Shown here: positions 38,415 through 47,509 of the stretch, piece by piece
Layout: every line of letters starts with the position of its first letter
Position numbering within the stretch: the first letter of the stretch is position 1
From: Pseudomonadales bacterium
GTDB lineage: Bacteria > Pseudomonadota > Gammaproteobacteria > Pseudomonadales > Azotimanducaceae
Reading direction: 5' to 3'
DNA length: 64,000 bases
NCBI GenBank assembly: GCA_965116345.1
Contig: OZ220680.1
Location: forward strand, 3,976,330 to 4,040,329
Position numbers and translations under genes: made by a program
Notes under the pieces: generated by a model
Told to the model about the DNA's origin: nothing
Databases searched by the model: none
The model's input: the letters and a program-made list of their open reading frames with translations, nothing else

Positions 38415-39671
38415 GTGGCCGAGCCTTCCCCGGCGAGGCCGCTGATGCGGTTGCTCGCGTGGGTCGACGAGCGCTTTCCGCTGACGCGGACGTTCGAAGA
38501 CCACGCCGCGAAGTACCACGCGCCGAAGAACTTCAACTTCTGGTACTACTTCGGCGTGCTCGCCCTTGTGGTCCTGGTCATGCAACTGCTGACCGGCCTG
38601 TGGCTGACCATGTCCTACGTACCGAGTGGCGAAGAGGCATTCGCGTCGGTGGAATACATCATGCGGGATGTCGAGTACGGCGACATCATCCGCCTGGCGC
38701 ACTCGACCGGCGCCTCCGCGTTCTTCGCCGTGATCTACCTGCACATGTTCCGGGCGCTCGCCTACGGCTCGTACCGCAAACCGCGTGAACTGCTCTGGCT
38801 AATCGGCATGGCGATCTTCCTCGTCATGATGGCGGAGGGCTTCTTCGGCTACCTGCTGCCCTGGGGGAACATGTCCTACTGGGCGGGGCAGGTCATCGTC
38901 TCGCTGGTCGGCGCCGTACCCTTCGTCGGCGAGGAACTGATGACCTGGGTGCGCGGCGACTTCGGCATCTCCGACATCACGCTGAACCGGTTCTTCGCCC
39001 TGCACGTCGTGGCGCTGCCGATCGCGCTGATCGGCCTGGTCTTCGTCCACATCGTGGCCTTGCACCATGTCGGATCCAACAATCCCGACGGCGTCGAGAT
39101 CAAGGCCAACAAGGACGAGAACGGCATACCTCTCGACAGCATCCCGTTCCACCCGTACTACACGGTGCACGACTTCCAGGCGACCGTGGCGTTCCTCATC
39201 ATCTTCTGCGCGATCCTGTTCTTCGTGCCCGAGATGTTCGGCTACTTCCTGGAGAAGCCGAACTTCGAGCAGGCGGACCCGTTGAAGACGCCGGATGTGA
39301 TCGCGCCGGTGTGGTATTACACGCCGTTCTACTCGATGTTGCGGGCGACGACGTTCCCGTTGTTCGGCGTCGCGGCCAAGTTCTGGGGTCTCGTGGTAAT
39401 GGGCGCGGCGGTCATGATGCCCGCCGTCCTGCCGTGGCTCGACCGTAGTCCGGTCAAGTCCATACGCTACAAGGGCCTCATCTCCAAGCTCATGCTGGCG
39501 CTGTTGGTGGTGAGCTTTTTCATTCTCGGCTATCTGGGCACGATCCACGCCACCCCCCTGACCACGGGAATCGCGCAGGTCTGCACGTTGATCTATTTCG
39601 CGTACTTCATCCTGATGCCCTGGTATACGCGGATCGAGAAGACCAAAACACCGCCGGAGCGGCTGACGTGA
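38415..39671 (+). CDS. petB: Cytochrome b
   Basis: WVDERFPL..APKNFNFWYYFG..; heme-ligand His pattern; 418 aa. Confidence 0.95.
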   Translation: MAEPSPARPLMRLLAWVDERFPLTRTFEDHAAKYHAPKNFNFWYYFGVLALVVLVMQLLTGLWLTMSYVPSGEEAFASVEYIMRDVEYGDIIRLAHSTGASAFFAVIYLHMFRALAYGSYRKPRELLWLIGMAIFLVMMAEGFFGYLLPWGNMSYWAGQVIVSLVGAVPFVGEELMTWVRGDFGISDITLNRFFALHVVALPIALIGLVFVHIVALHHVGSNNPDGVEIKANKDENGIPLDSIPFHPYYTVHDFQATVAFLIIFCAILFFVPEMFGYFLEKPNFEQADPLKTPDVIAPVWYYTPFYSMLRATTFPLFGVAAKFWGLVVMGAAVMMPAVLPWLDRSPVKSIRYKGLISKLMLALLVVSFFILGYLGTIHATPLTTGIAQVCTLIYFAYFILMPWYTRIEKTKTPPERLT

Positions 39672-40546
39672 CCCGGCTGGCTTTGCAGGGTGCAGGCATG
39701 GCGTTCGTGCTCGCGTTGGGTGCGGTGGGTGCGGGTGGTGCCGAGTCCTCGGTGGAACTCGAGCCCATGAAGCCGAACCTCAAGGATTTGCCGTCGCTGC
39801 AACGCGGCATGACGCTCTACGTCAACTACTGCCTAGGCTGCCATTCCCTCAAGTTCCAGCGCTACGAGCGTACCGTCGACGATCTCGGCATTCCCCATGA
39901 TGTGGCTCTCGCGAACCTCGTGTTTCCTGGTCGTGCACGCGCCGAAGGCAGGGATGGACCGGCGATCGGCGATCTGATGCACACCGCCATGCCGCCGGAA
40001 CGGGCTCAGGAGTGGTTCGGCAAACCGCCGCCGGACCTCACGATGGTTGATCGCGTACGCGGTACGGCGTGGGTCTACAACATGCTGAAGAACTTCTACG
40101 TCGACCCCAAACGCCCGTTTGGATTCAACAACCGCGTCTACGAGAACATCGGCATGCCCCATGTGCTTGCGGGGCTGCAGGGCGTGCCGCACTTGAAGGA
40201 AACCGGCTTGAAGGCCCTTGACCTGTTGGACGGCAAGGCCGCCCTGATCCGCAACCGTGCCGACGGGTCGTACGTGACGTCGGTCACGGCCAGCGACGAG
40301 GTCGACGGCGAGGATCCCTTGATCCGGGGCAAGCACTACGTCCTCGAGGTGGAACCCGGCACGGCGGCAATGTCGCCCGAGGAATTCGATCAGGCCGCCT
40401 ACGATATCGCCAACTTCCTCCACTACGTGGGCGACCCCGGACGTCTGGATCGCCAACGACTGGGACTCTGGGTGCTCGGTTTCCTCGTCGGACTGTTCGT
40501 TCTCGCCACCCTGCTCAACCGGGAATACTGGAAGGACGTGCATTGA
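39668..40546 (+). CDS. petC: Cytochrome c1
   Basis: CLGCHS heme motif, PPDLT, C-terminal TM anchor; overlaps the petB stop. Confidence 0.92.
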   Translation: MTRLALQGAGMAFVLALGAVGAGGAESSVELEPMKPNLKDLPSLQRGMTLYVNYCLGCHSLKFQRYERTVDDLGIPHDVALANLVFPGRARAEGRDGPAIGDLMHTAMPPERAQEWFGKPPPDLTMVDRVRGTAWVYNMLKNFYVDPKRPFGFNNRVYENIGMPHVLAGLQGVPHLKETGLKALDLLDGKAALIRNRADGSYVTSVTASDEVDGEDPLIRGKHYVLEVEPGTAAMSPEEFDQAAYDIANFLHYVGDPGRLDRQRLGLWVLGFLVGLFVLATLLNREYWKDVH

Positions 40547-40565
40547 CTCACGCAAGGGGCATGCG

Positions 40566-41201
40566 ATGGATCTGAACCCGGTAAGACGCTCGTCAATGAC
40601 GCTGTATTCGGACCCGCGGGACCACTACAGCCATCGGGTCCGCATGGTCCTCGCCGAGAAAGGCGTCACCGTCGACATCATCGACGTCAACGCCCGGCGA
40701 CCCACCCAGGCCCTCGCCGAGCTGAATCCCTACAACACCGTGCCGACGCTGGGGGACCGCGAACTGGTCCTCTACGAGAGCACGATAATTATCGAGTATC
40801 TCGACGAGCGCTTCCCGCATCCGCCCCTGCTGCCGGTGTATCCCGTCGCCCGCGCCCAGAGCAGGCTGCTCATGCATCGCATCGAGAAGGACTGGAGCGG
40901 GCACGTCGACGTCCTCATGCGCGGCCGAGGCGGCGAACGCACGCTCGCAAGGGCGCACCGGGAACTGCGGGAGAGCATCGTCAGCGCGTCGCCGTTGTTC
41001 GCCGAACGGCCGTTCTTCATGAACGATGAGTTCACGCTGCTCGACTGCTGCGTGGCGCCGATCCTCTGGCGTCTGAACTACATCAACATCGAACTGCCGG
41101 AGCGCCAGACCCGACCGTTGACCAAATACATGCAGAGGATGTTCGCGCGCCAGTCCTTCCGCGACAGCCTGACCGAGTTCGAAGTCGAAATGCGCGAATG
41201 A
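40566..41201 (+). CDS. sspA: Stringent starvation protein A
   Basis: MTLYSDPRDHYSHRVRMVLAEKGV aligns with E. coli SspA; GST fold. Confidence 0.95.
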   Translation: MDLNPVRRSSMTLYSDPRDHYSHRVRMVLAEKGVTVDIIDVNARRPTQALAELNPYNTVPTLGDRELVLYESTIIIEYLDERFPHPPLLPVYPVARAQSRLLMHRIEKDWSGHVDVLMRGRGGERTLARAHRELRESIVSASPLFAERPFFMNDEFTLLDCCVAPILWRLNYINIELPERQTRPLTKYMQRMFARQSFRDSLTEFEVEMRE

Positions 41202-41581
41202 CGGGCCGGGCGAAGCGCGGCTGCGCTACCGGTGCGCTGATCCGGGCGTTGATCGACTGGGTCGTCGACCATGAATGCACGCCCCATGTGGCCATCGACT
41301 GCGGTGCGAGTGGTGTGCAAGTCCCCTTGGATCATGCCGTAGACGGCAAGCTTGTGCTGAACGTGTCGGCGAGTGCGACGCGCAATCTCGACGTCGGCGA
41401 CGACACGCTCAGTGTCGACTGTCGGTTCGGCGGACGCCCGGTCCACGTAAGCGCACCGGTGGGTGCCGTGCTGGCCGTATATGCCCGAGAGACCGGCATG
41501 GGGATGGCGTTCGAGGTGGAGACCGGCGGCGGTGCGCCGGCACCCCCGAAGTCACGACCGAAACTGACGCTGGTCAAGTAG
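41198..41581 (+). CDS. sspB: ClpXP adaptor / stringent starvation protein B
   Basis: LIRALIDWVVDHECTPHVAIDC matches the SspB N-domain; C-terminal RPKLTLVK ClpX-binding-like tail; follows sspA. Confidence 0.9.
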   Translation: MTGRAKRGCATGALIRALIDWVVDHECTPHVAIDCGASGVQVPLDHAVDGKLVLNVSASATRNLDVGDDTLSVDCRFGGRPVHVSAPVGAVLAVYARETGMGMAFEVETGGGAPAPPKSRPKLTLVK

Positions 41582-41606
41582 GCCGTTGCACCACGGCGCC
41601 GTAACG

Positions 41607-42197
41607 CTACTTGTCTGGCTTTTCACCCAGATAATCAAACACTTTGACGATCTTTTGAACGCCGAACACGTTTTTCGTCACGGCGACCGTGGCGTCCGCC
41701 TGCTCCCGTGACACGATCCCGACCAGGTGCACGACGCCGTCCTCGACGACAACCTTGACCCGACTCGCGACGACGTCGGGGTTGGCGATCAGACGGGATT
41801 TGACCTTGGTTTCGAGCCAATTGTCATTGGCGCGTGCGACTAGGCTGATCGCCCCGCCAACCTTCAACTCGTTGTGGACGCGACGAATCCTCTTGACCTC
41901 GGCGACCGAATTCTCCGCCAGTTCCCGCAGCTCCTCGTTCTCGACCTGGCCGGTGAGCAGGACGATGCCATCGTAGCTGTCGACATTGATGTGGCTTCGG
42001 GAGAGACGCTCGTCCGCCGCGTCTATGCGCCGCGCGACCATCGACTCGATCACTTCGTCGTCGATCGCGCCACCGGGCGTCCTGAGGGTGGGATCCTCGC
42101 CCGTTAGGCTGACACAGCCACCGAGGCAGGTGGCCAGCAGGACGAGCGCGGCGTGAGCGGTTCGTGCGCGAACCTCAGTCCATTGCTTCGAACGCAT
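41607..42197 (-). CDS. dolP: Dual-BON-domain outer-membrane lipoprotein (DolP/YraP)
   Basis: Lipobox LGGCVS, two BON repeats, position downstream of yraN. ATG 42197 inside the longer ORF. Confidence 0.88.
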   Translation of the reverse strand: MRSKQWTEVRARTAHAALVLLATCLGGCVSLTGEDPTLRTPGGAIDDEVIESMVARRIDAADERLSRSHINVDSYDGIVLLTGQVENEELRELAENSVAEVKRIRRVHNELKVGGAISLVARANDNWLETKVKSRLIANPDVVASRVKVVVEDGVVHLVGIVSREQADATVAVTKNVFGVQKIVKVFDYLGEKPDK

Positions 42198-42543
42198 CGG
42201 GAATCCATTCGCATGCGATGCCGTAGTTTCCCTTTGACGCGGACACCACGTCAAATCGAATGCCGCGATAGCGGTGCTCCGGGTGCTCGTCGAGATAGAG
42301 CTCGGCGGTGCGCACGAGCCGCTGCCGCTTGGCCCCGTCCACGGAGCCGAGGCCCGTCGTCCATGCGCCCTGACCCCTGTAACGGACTTCGACGAACGCG
42401 AGCACATCGCCGTCGAGCATGACGAGGTCGATCTCGCCGGTCCGGCGGGAGTAGTTGCGGGCGAGGGTGCGCAAACCCCGCCGGCGAAGCATCCGCTCCG
42501 CCCGGCGTTCCGCGCGCCGGCCCCGGGTGAGGACGCCCCCCAC
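42175..42543 (-). CDS. yraN: YraN family (UPF0102) endonuclease-like protein
   Basis: GEIDLVMLDGDVLAFVEVRYR motif; lpoA-yraN synteny. Confidence 0.88.
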   Translation of the reverse strand: MGGVLTRGRRAERRAERMLRRRGLRTLARNYSRRTGEIDLVMLDGDVLAFVEVRYRGQGAWTTGLGSVDGAKRQRLVRTAELYLDEHPEHRYRGIRFDVVSASKGNYGIACEWIPDAFEAMD

Positions 42544-42546
42544 GGG

Positions 42547-44406
42547 TCAGTCCCTCGCCAGCGGGTCCGATGTGGCGCGTTCGCCACCGCTGGTGGCGCG
42601 TTTGCCACCGCTGGCGGCGATGGGTACCAAGGTGCCTTCGACGACCTGTGCCCAGGCGAGTTCGCGCTGGATGCGGCCGTCGTCGCCGAGCGTCAGGGTG
42701 CCCGTGGAGCCGGCGATCGGTGTTCGCCCCTGAATGAGGCGTGGTAGCTGGTTTGCGAGGCGGTAGCCGTCGACGCCCAGTGCGAACAGGGCGGCATAGG
42801 AACCCCGGCTCAACGGAAAGGCGGCGCGGACCGAATCGCCGAGTTCGCCGGTATGGATGCGCCACGGGATGTCGCACACCCGCACACCCTCCAACCGCTT
42901 CAGATCGGCGACGTCGATGGCCGGCGACGGCGCGAAAACCGGAAGATCGCGGGCGAAGTGGAAGTCGAGGGCGGGTTTGAGCGACTTCAACGCCGCGCTG
43001 TCCACGAGCGCCACGACGGCATCCACATCGTCGCGTCGACGGGGCGAGAACTCGAAGGATGCGCCGAGACTCTGCTCCAACCGGGCGGCCCGCGCCTGGC
43101 TCTCGGTGACGTGCAGCGCGTCGCCGACGATGGACGTCACGTCCTCGACCCGGAAAAACGTGCCGAAGCCGACGATTTCGATGTCGCCGAGACTGGCCTC
43201 GAGCTGCGTCCGTGCCCGCGCCGCCCAGCGGGCCGGGCTGTCGAACAGGACGATCCTCTGGACGCCTTCGGCGGCCAATGCCGTGGCGATGGCCCTGGCT
43301 TCGTCCTCGACGGCGAGCGACAACTGGACGATGCCTTCTCGGCCACCGCTGTCCAGATTGTTCAGGGCGATCACCGGCACGTCCGGCGCCATGCCCGACA
43401 GCGCGGCCAGGGAGGACTTGCGCAACGGCCCGACGACGACGTCCACGCCTTGTCTACGCGCCTGTTGGTAGGCGACCTCCAAGGACAGTGCGGCGGTGTC
43501 GTAGATGTGGATTCCCTGCCGTCCCAGGCTCGTGCCCGCGTGCGCGTCCAGGTAGGCCGCGACGAAGCCGTCCCTGACGGCCTCTCCCGCGACACCGTAG
43601 TTACCGGCAAGCGGCGTCAGCAGGGCGATGCTGGCCGGGTCGGGAGCAATCTCGACGAGATCCGGTGGCGGGAATCGGGCCGCGACATGGGTTGGGTGGC
43701 TCGCCCGCCAGCTTTGCCACCGACCTCGCTGTTCGGTTCCGGTCAAGGCGCTGTTGAAGTCGTGTGCCAGCGACCACCAGGCCCGGGCTTCGGCGGTCGT
43801 TGCCTGTGCCGCGTTGCGGGCGAGTTCGGGTGCCGTCAGGGAGGACAGGTACCGCCAGATCGTGGAGCTGACCTCGGCCACTTGCGATACGTTCTCCACC
43901 GGATCACTAACCAGTGAAATCAAGATCTTGGCCGCGTCAACATGCAAGCCGTCGGCACTCAGCTCCCGGGCTCGGCGTCGGGCTGCCATCCACTCCTGTT
44001 GCTGGCCGACGGGATCGACCACCCCCCGTAGGCCGCCACCCGCGGCATCATCCGGGTCGGCCACGGCAATTCCGAGCGCGATGGTCTCGAAGCGTCGGCG
44101 AGCCGCCTCCGGCAAGGCGGCGAGCAGCGGTGCCCCGTCCGTTCCGGACTCCCGCATGCGCGCGACCACGCGGGCGGCGGCGGCGAAGTCGCCACGGGCG
44201 TGGAGCCCCAACAAGCCGTCGAAGTAGTTACTGGCCTTGATGCGGTCGACCGACGCCGACTCCGCGCGGCGCAAGGCGTCCTCGGCGGCGTCCTCCTCTT
44301 GTTCAGCGGGTGACTCGGGCGTGGGTTCGACGGCAGGGGTCGTCGCGCACCCGGCTACCACGACCAGGACGGCGAGGGCTCCGTGGACCCGGATCACCTT
44401 GCCCAA
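42547..44406 (-). CDS. lpoA: Penicillin-binding protein activator LpoA
   Basis: Lipoprotein signal VLVVVAGCATT, TPR-like N-domain, periplasmic-binding-fold C-domain, divergent from rsmI. TTG 44406 preferred; the ORF is open to 44481. Confidence 0.85.
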   Translation of the reverse strand: MGKVIRVHGALAVLVVVAGCATTPAVEPTPESPAEQEEDAAEDALRRAESASVDRIKASNYFDGLLGLHARGDFAAAARVVARMRESGTDGAPLLAALPEAARRRFETIALGIAVADPDDAAGGGLRGVVDPVGQQQEWMAARRRARELSADGLHVDAAKILISLVSDPVENVSQVAEVSSTIWRYLSSLTAPELARNAAQATTAEARAWWSLAHDFNSALTGTEQRGRWQSWRASHPTHVAARFPPPDLVEIAPDPASIALLTPLAGNYGVAGEAVRDGFVAAYLDAHAGTSLGRQGIHIYDTAALSLEVAYQQARRQGVDVVVGPLRKSSLAALSGMAPDVPVIALNNLDSGGREGIVQLSLAVEDEARAIATALAAEGVQRIVLFDSPARWAARARTQLEASLGDIEIVGFGTFFRVEDVTSIVGDALHVTESQARAARLEQSLGASFEFSPRRRDDVDAVVALVDSAALKSLKPALDFHFARDLPVFAPSPAIDVADLKRLEGVRVCDIPWRIHTGELGDSVRAAFPLSRGSYAALFALGVDGYRLANQLPRLIQGRTPIAGSTGTLTLGDDGRIQRELAWAQVVEGTLVPIAASGGKRATSGGERATSDPLARD

Positions 44407-44473
44407 TCGACGAGAACTGCGACAGACTCTCTCCGCCCTGGCGAAGCGCTCGCGTGGTCGTCGTTGAAAAAGG

Positions 44474-45349
44474 TTGGGCATGGCCCGTCACCACACTCCG
44501 CGTGAACGCACCCCGGCGGGAACCGCCAAGCTGTACATCGTGGCGACGCCTATCGGCAATCTGCAGGACATCACGCAGCGCGCCGTGGACGTGCTCAAGT
44601 CGGTCGCGACTGTCGCCTGCGAGGATACCAGACGCAGCCGCAAGCTGTTATCGCACGTCGGTGCCGCGCCGAGGCGCCTGGTGGCGCTGCACGACCACAA
44701 CGAGACCTCGGCCACCACCGCCATCCTGGAGACCCTCGAGGCCGGGGAGCGTGTTGCGCTGATCGCCGACGCGGGCACGCCTTTGATCTCAGACCCCGGC
44801 TTTGAACTCGTGCGGCGGGCATGGCAGGCCGGAATCTCGGTTGTCCCGGTGCCGGGCCCCAGCGCGGTGGCGGCGGCCGTGGCAGTCTCCCCGGTGGCGG
44901 TGAACCGCTTCCACTTCGAGGGTTTCCTGCCGGCGAGGGCGGCGGCCCGGCGGGAGGTCCTGGCACGGCTGCTGGCCAGCGAGGTCGCGGTGGTGTTCTT
45001 CGAGGCGCCACACCGCCTACGTGACACGCTGGAGGATCTCAAGGACTTGAGCGGAGGTGGCCGTTCCGTGCTGATCTGCCGGGAGCTGACGAAGCTGCAC
45101 GAGACGATCACCTTCGGCACGGTCGACGAATTGCTGATTGCGGACACGGTTTTGGATCGCGGCGAGTTCGTCTGCATCCTGGGCCCGGCGCTCGAAGCGG
45201 CGCCGCGCGACGAGGGCGAAGCCGTCGTCGACGTGCTGAGCGCCGAACTGCCAGCGGCGCAGGCGGCGAGGCTGGCGTCGAAGATCACGGGTCTGCCGCG
45301 TCGTGGGCTCTATGCGCGTGCTGTTTCCAAGCGCTCGCCGACGGAGTAG
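44474..45349 (+). CDS. rsmI: 16S rRNA (cytidine1402-2'-O)-methyltransferase
   Basis: LYIVATPIGNLQDIT, EDTR, SDAGTPLISDPG motifs. Confidence 0.95.
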   Translation: MGMARHHTPRERTPAGTAKLYIVATPIGNLQDITQRAVDVLKSVATVACEDTRRSRKLLSHVGAAPRRLVALHDHNETSATTAILETLEAGERVALIADAGTPLISDPGFELVRRAWQAGISVVPVPGPSAVAAAVAVSPVAVNRFHFEGFLPARAAARREVLARLLASEVAVVFFEAPHRLRDTLEDLKDLSGGGRSVLICRELTKLHETITFGTVDELLIADTVLDRGEFVCILGPALEAAPRDEGEAVVDVLSAELPAAQAARLASKITGLPRRGLYARAVSKRSPTE

Positions 45350-45355
45350 GCTCGA

Positions 45356-45726
<371 letters not shown>

Positions 45727-45899
45727 CTCGCCCGGCGACCACGAGGCGTCGCCGGGCGGTGTAGGTTCCCATCCCGACGTCGTGCGCGAAATTCGCCCGG
45801 CCGCTGGCGCTGACGCCGCCAAGGCTTCAAGCTACCGCGTCTGCTCGCGGTCGTAGTAGAGCGTGGCTTGGGGCGTTGGGGCGTGGTTTGGGTAGTACC

Positions 45900-46196
45900 G
45901 TGGTAGGTCAGTCGCACCGGTTCGTTCTTCGTTTGCCGGCCGATCTGAGGGATCGCATCGTCGAAGCGGCGGAGTTGTACCGGCGCAGCATGAATTCCGA
46001 GATCGTTGCGCGGCTGGAGCACTCGCTCTCGGGCGTCCCCAACCACCGGACCGAGAGCGGTATCGAGCCGCCGTTCTTCCCGCATCTCGAAACCACGTTC
46101 CGCCGCGACCTGTCGGACGACGAGGATCAGCTGGTCCGCCTGTTCCGGCGGCTGTCCAGTCGACAACGCCAGGCCCTGTTCGACCTCCTGACCTGA
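45900..46196 (+). CDS. Arc/MetJ ribbon-helix-helix regulator, AmrZ/AlgZ-like
   Basis: RFVLRLPADLRDRIVEAAELYRRSMNSEIVARLEHSL and the C-terminal LVRLFRRLSSRQRQALFDLL parallel P. aeruginosa AmrZ. Start GTG 45900 or TTG 45876. Confidence 0.8.
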   Translation: MVGQSHRFVLRLPADLRDRIVEAAELYRRSMNSEIVARLEHSLSGVPNHRTESGIEPPFFPHLETTFRRDLSDDEDQLVRLFRRLSSRQRQALFDLLT

Positions 46197-46332
46197 CCTC
46201 CCGAGGGGCCCCAGAACGAACGAGACCGATGCTCGCGTCTTGACCGACACGACCGTCCGGTAGCCATCCCTTATGGACGCCACGCAACTGACTTGCTAAA
46301 AAGGTCCATTCACCACGACGGTCAGGATACCC

Positions 46333-47433
46333 ATGACAAGCTTGCTGCCGAAGAGCGTCACGATCACCGACGACACGATGCGGGAAGGACTGCAGATCGA
46401 GAGTCCCGACATTCCCGTGTCGGAGAAGCTCCGGCTCCTCGATGCCTTGGGCGAAACCGGCGCCAAGGTCATCTCCATCGGCTCGTTCGCGCATCCCAAG
46501 TGGACGCCATCCATGGCCTGCATCGACGAGATCGCAGAGCGCTTCGTGCCGAAGCCCGGCGTGCGCTACACGGCGGCCGTGTTCAACAAGAAGGGCTTCG
46601 ACCGTGCCGACGCCTATTATCCGAAGGTCGACGTCCGGGGCCGGCGTTTCGGCACCCACGTGGAACTCTGCGATTCGTTCGCGCGGCGCAACTACAACCG
46701 CACCCAGGCACAGCAGATCGCGGCCATGGACGGGTCGATCGCGGGCGCCAAGGCGGCGGCTGCACAGGCTGCCTCGGTCGCCCTCGGCAACCCCTTCGGC
46801 TCCAACTTCGAAGGCCCCTTCGATCTCGACCAACGCATGGAATTCCTCGCCATGATGATCGGCAAGTGGCACGACGCCGGTATTCCGGTCACCAAGGTCT
46901 CCTTCCTCGACGCCATGGGCTGGAACATGCCCCACGAGGTCCGCGAGACCCTGACGGCCATCCGCGACCGCTGGCCGGAGGTGGAGACGTTCCACATGCA
47001 TCTGCACAACACCCGGGGCGCCACCATGGCGAGCTTCTACGAGGCGCTCATGCTCGGTGCCACCGAGTTCGACACGTCCATCGGCGGCATGGGTGGCTGC
47101 CCGTACTGCGGCAACGGTCGTGCCGCCGGGCATGTCCCGACGGAGGACTTCGTCCATCTGTGCCACGAGATGGGCATCGACACCGGCTACGATCTCGACA
47201 AGCTCATCGAAGCGGCCGCGATTGCCGAGGAAGTCGTCGGCCACCCGCTTTGGGGTCATGTGTCCAAGGGGGGTCCGCGCCCGCACCGGACGGAGGAGCT
47301 GTACCCGCTCGACATGCCTTTCGTCGAGTCGTTGGAGGAAGCGGCCCACTTCCGCAAGGGCCCGGACGTCTACGAAGGCCAGATCTCCCCGTGGCAGCAG
47401 GGCAGTGCCCTGATCGGGGGAGCGCAGGCGTAG
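46333..47433 (+). CDS. HMG-CoA-lyase-like (DRE-TIM metallolyase) family protein, long form
   Basis: TMREGLQ, HPKWTPSMA, HMHLHNTRG, GGMGGCPY..GHVPTEDFV; ~60 aa C-terminal extension compared with classical HMG-CoA lyase. Confidence 0.8.
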   Translation: MTSLLPKSVTITDDTMREGLQIESPDIPVSEKLRLLDALGETGAKVISIGSFAHPKWTPSMACIDEIAERFVPKPGVRYTAAVFNKKGFDRADAYYPKVDVRGRRFGTHVELCDSFARRNYNRTQAQQIAAMDGSIAGAKAAAAQAASVALGNPFGSNFEGPFDLDQRMEFLAMMIGKWHDAGIPVTKVSFLDAMGWNMPHEVRETLTAIRDRWPEVETFHMHLHNTRGATMASFYEALMLGATEFDTSIGGMGGCPYCGNGRAAGHVPTEDFVHLCHEMGIDTGYDLDKLIEAAAIAEEVVGHPLWGHVSKGGPRPHRTEELYPLDMPFVESLEEAAHFRKGPDVYEGQISPWQQGSALIGGAQA

Positions 47434-47497
47434 CGTAGGGGTCGCCTTGTGGCGGCCATGGTTCACGGTCACGGGCGACCACAAGGGTCGCCCCTAC
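47434..47497. repeat. REP-like hairpin (GTAGGGGTCGCCTTGTGGCGGCC ... GGGCGACCACAAGGGTCGCCCCTAC)
   Basis: Imperfect ~23-bp inverted repeat immediately after the TAG stop; same family as 484-581, 2169-2276 and 8069-8218. Confidence 0.8.
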
Positions 47498-47509
47498 AGG
47501 GGGAATAGA

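Noticed and set aside
41607-42608. Full 333-aa ORF as the dolP gene product
   Set aside because: The N-terminal 137 aa are Ala/Pro/Arg-rich and overlap yraN in another frame. A canonical lipoprotein signal begins at ATG 42197, so the short form was annotated.
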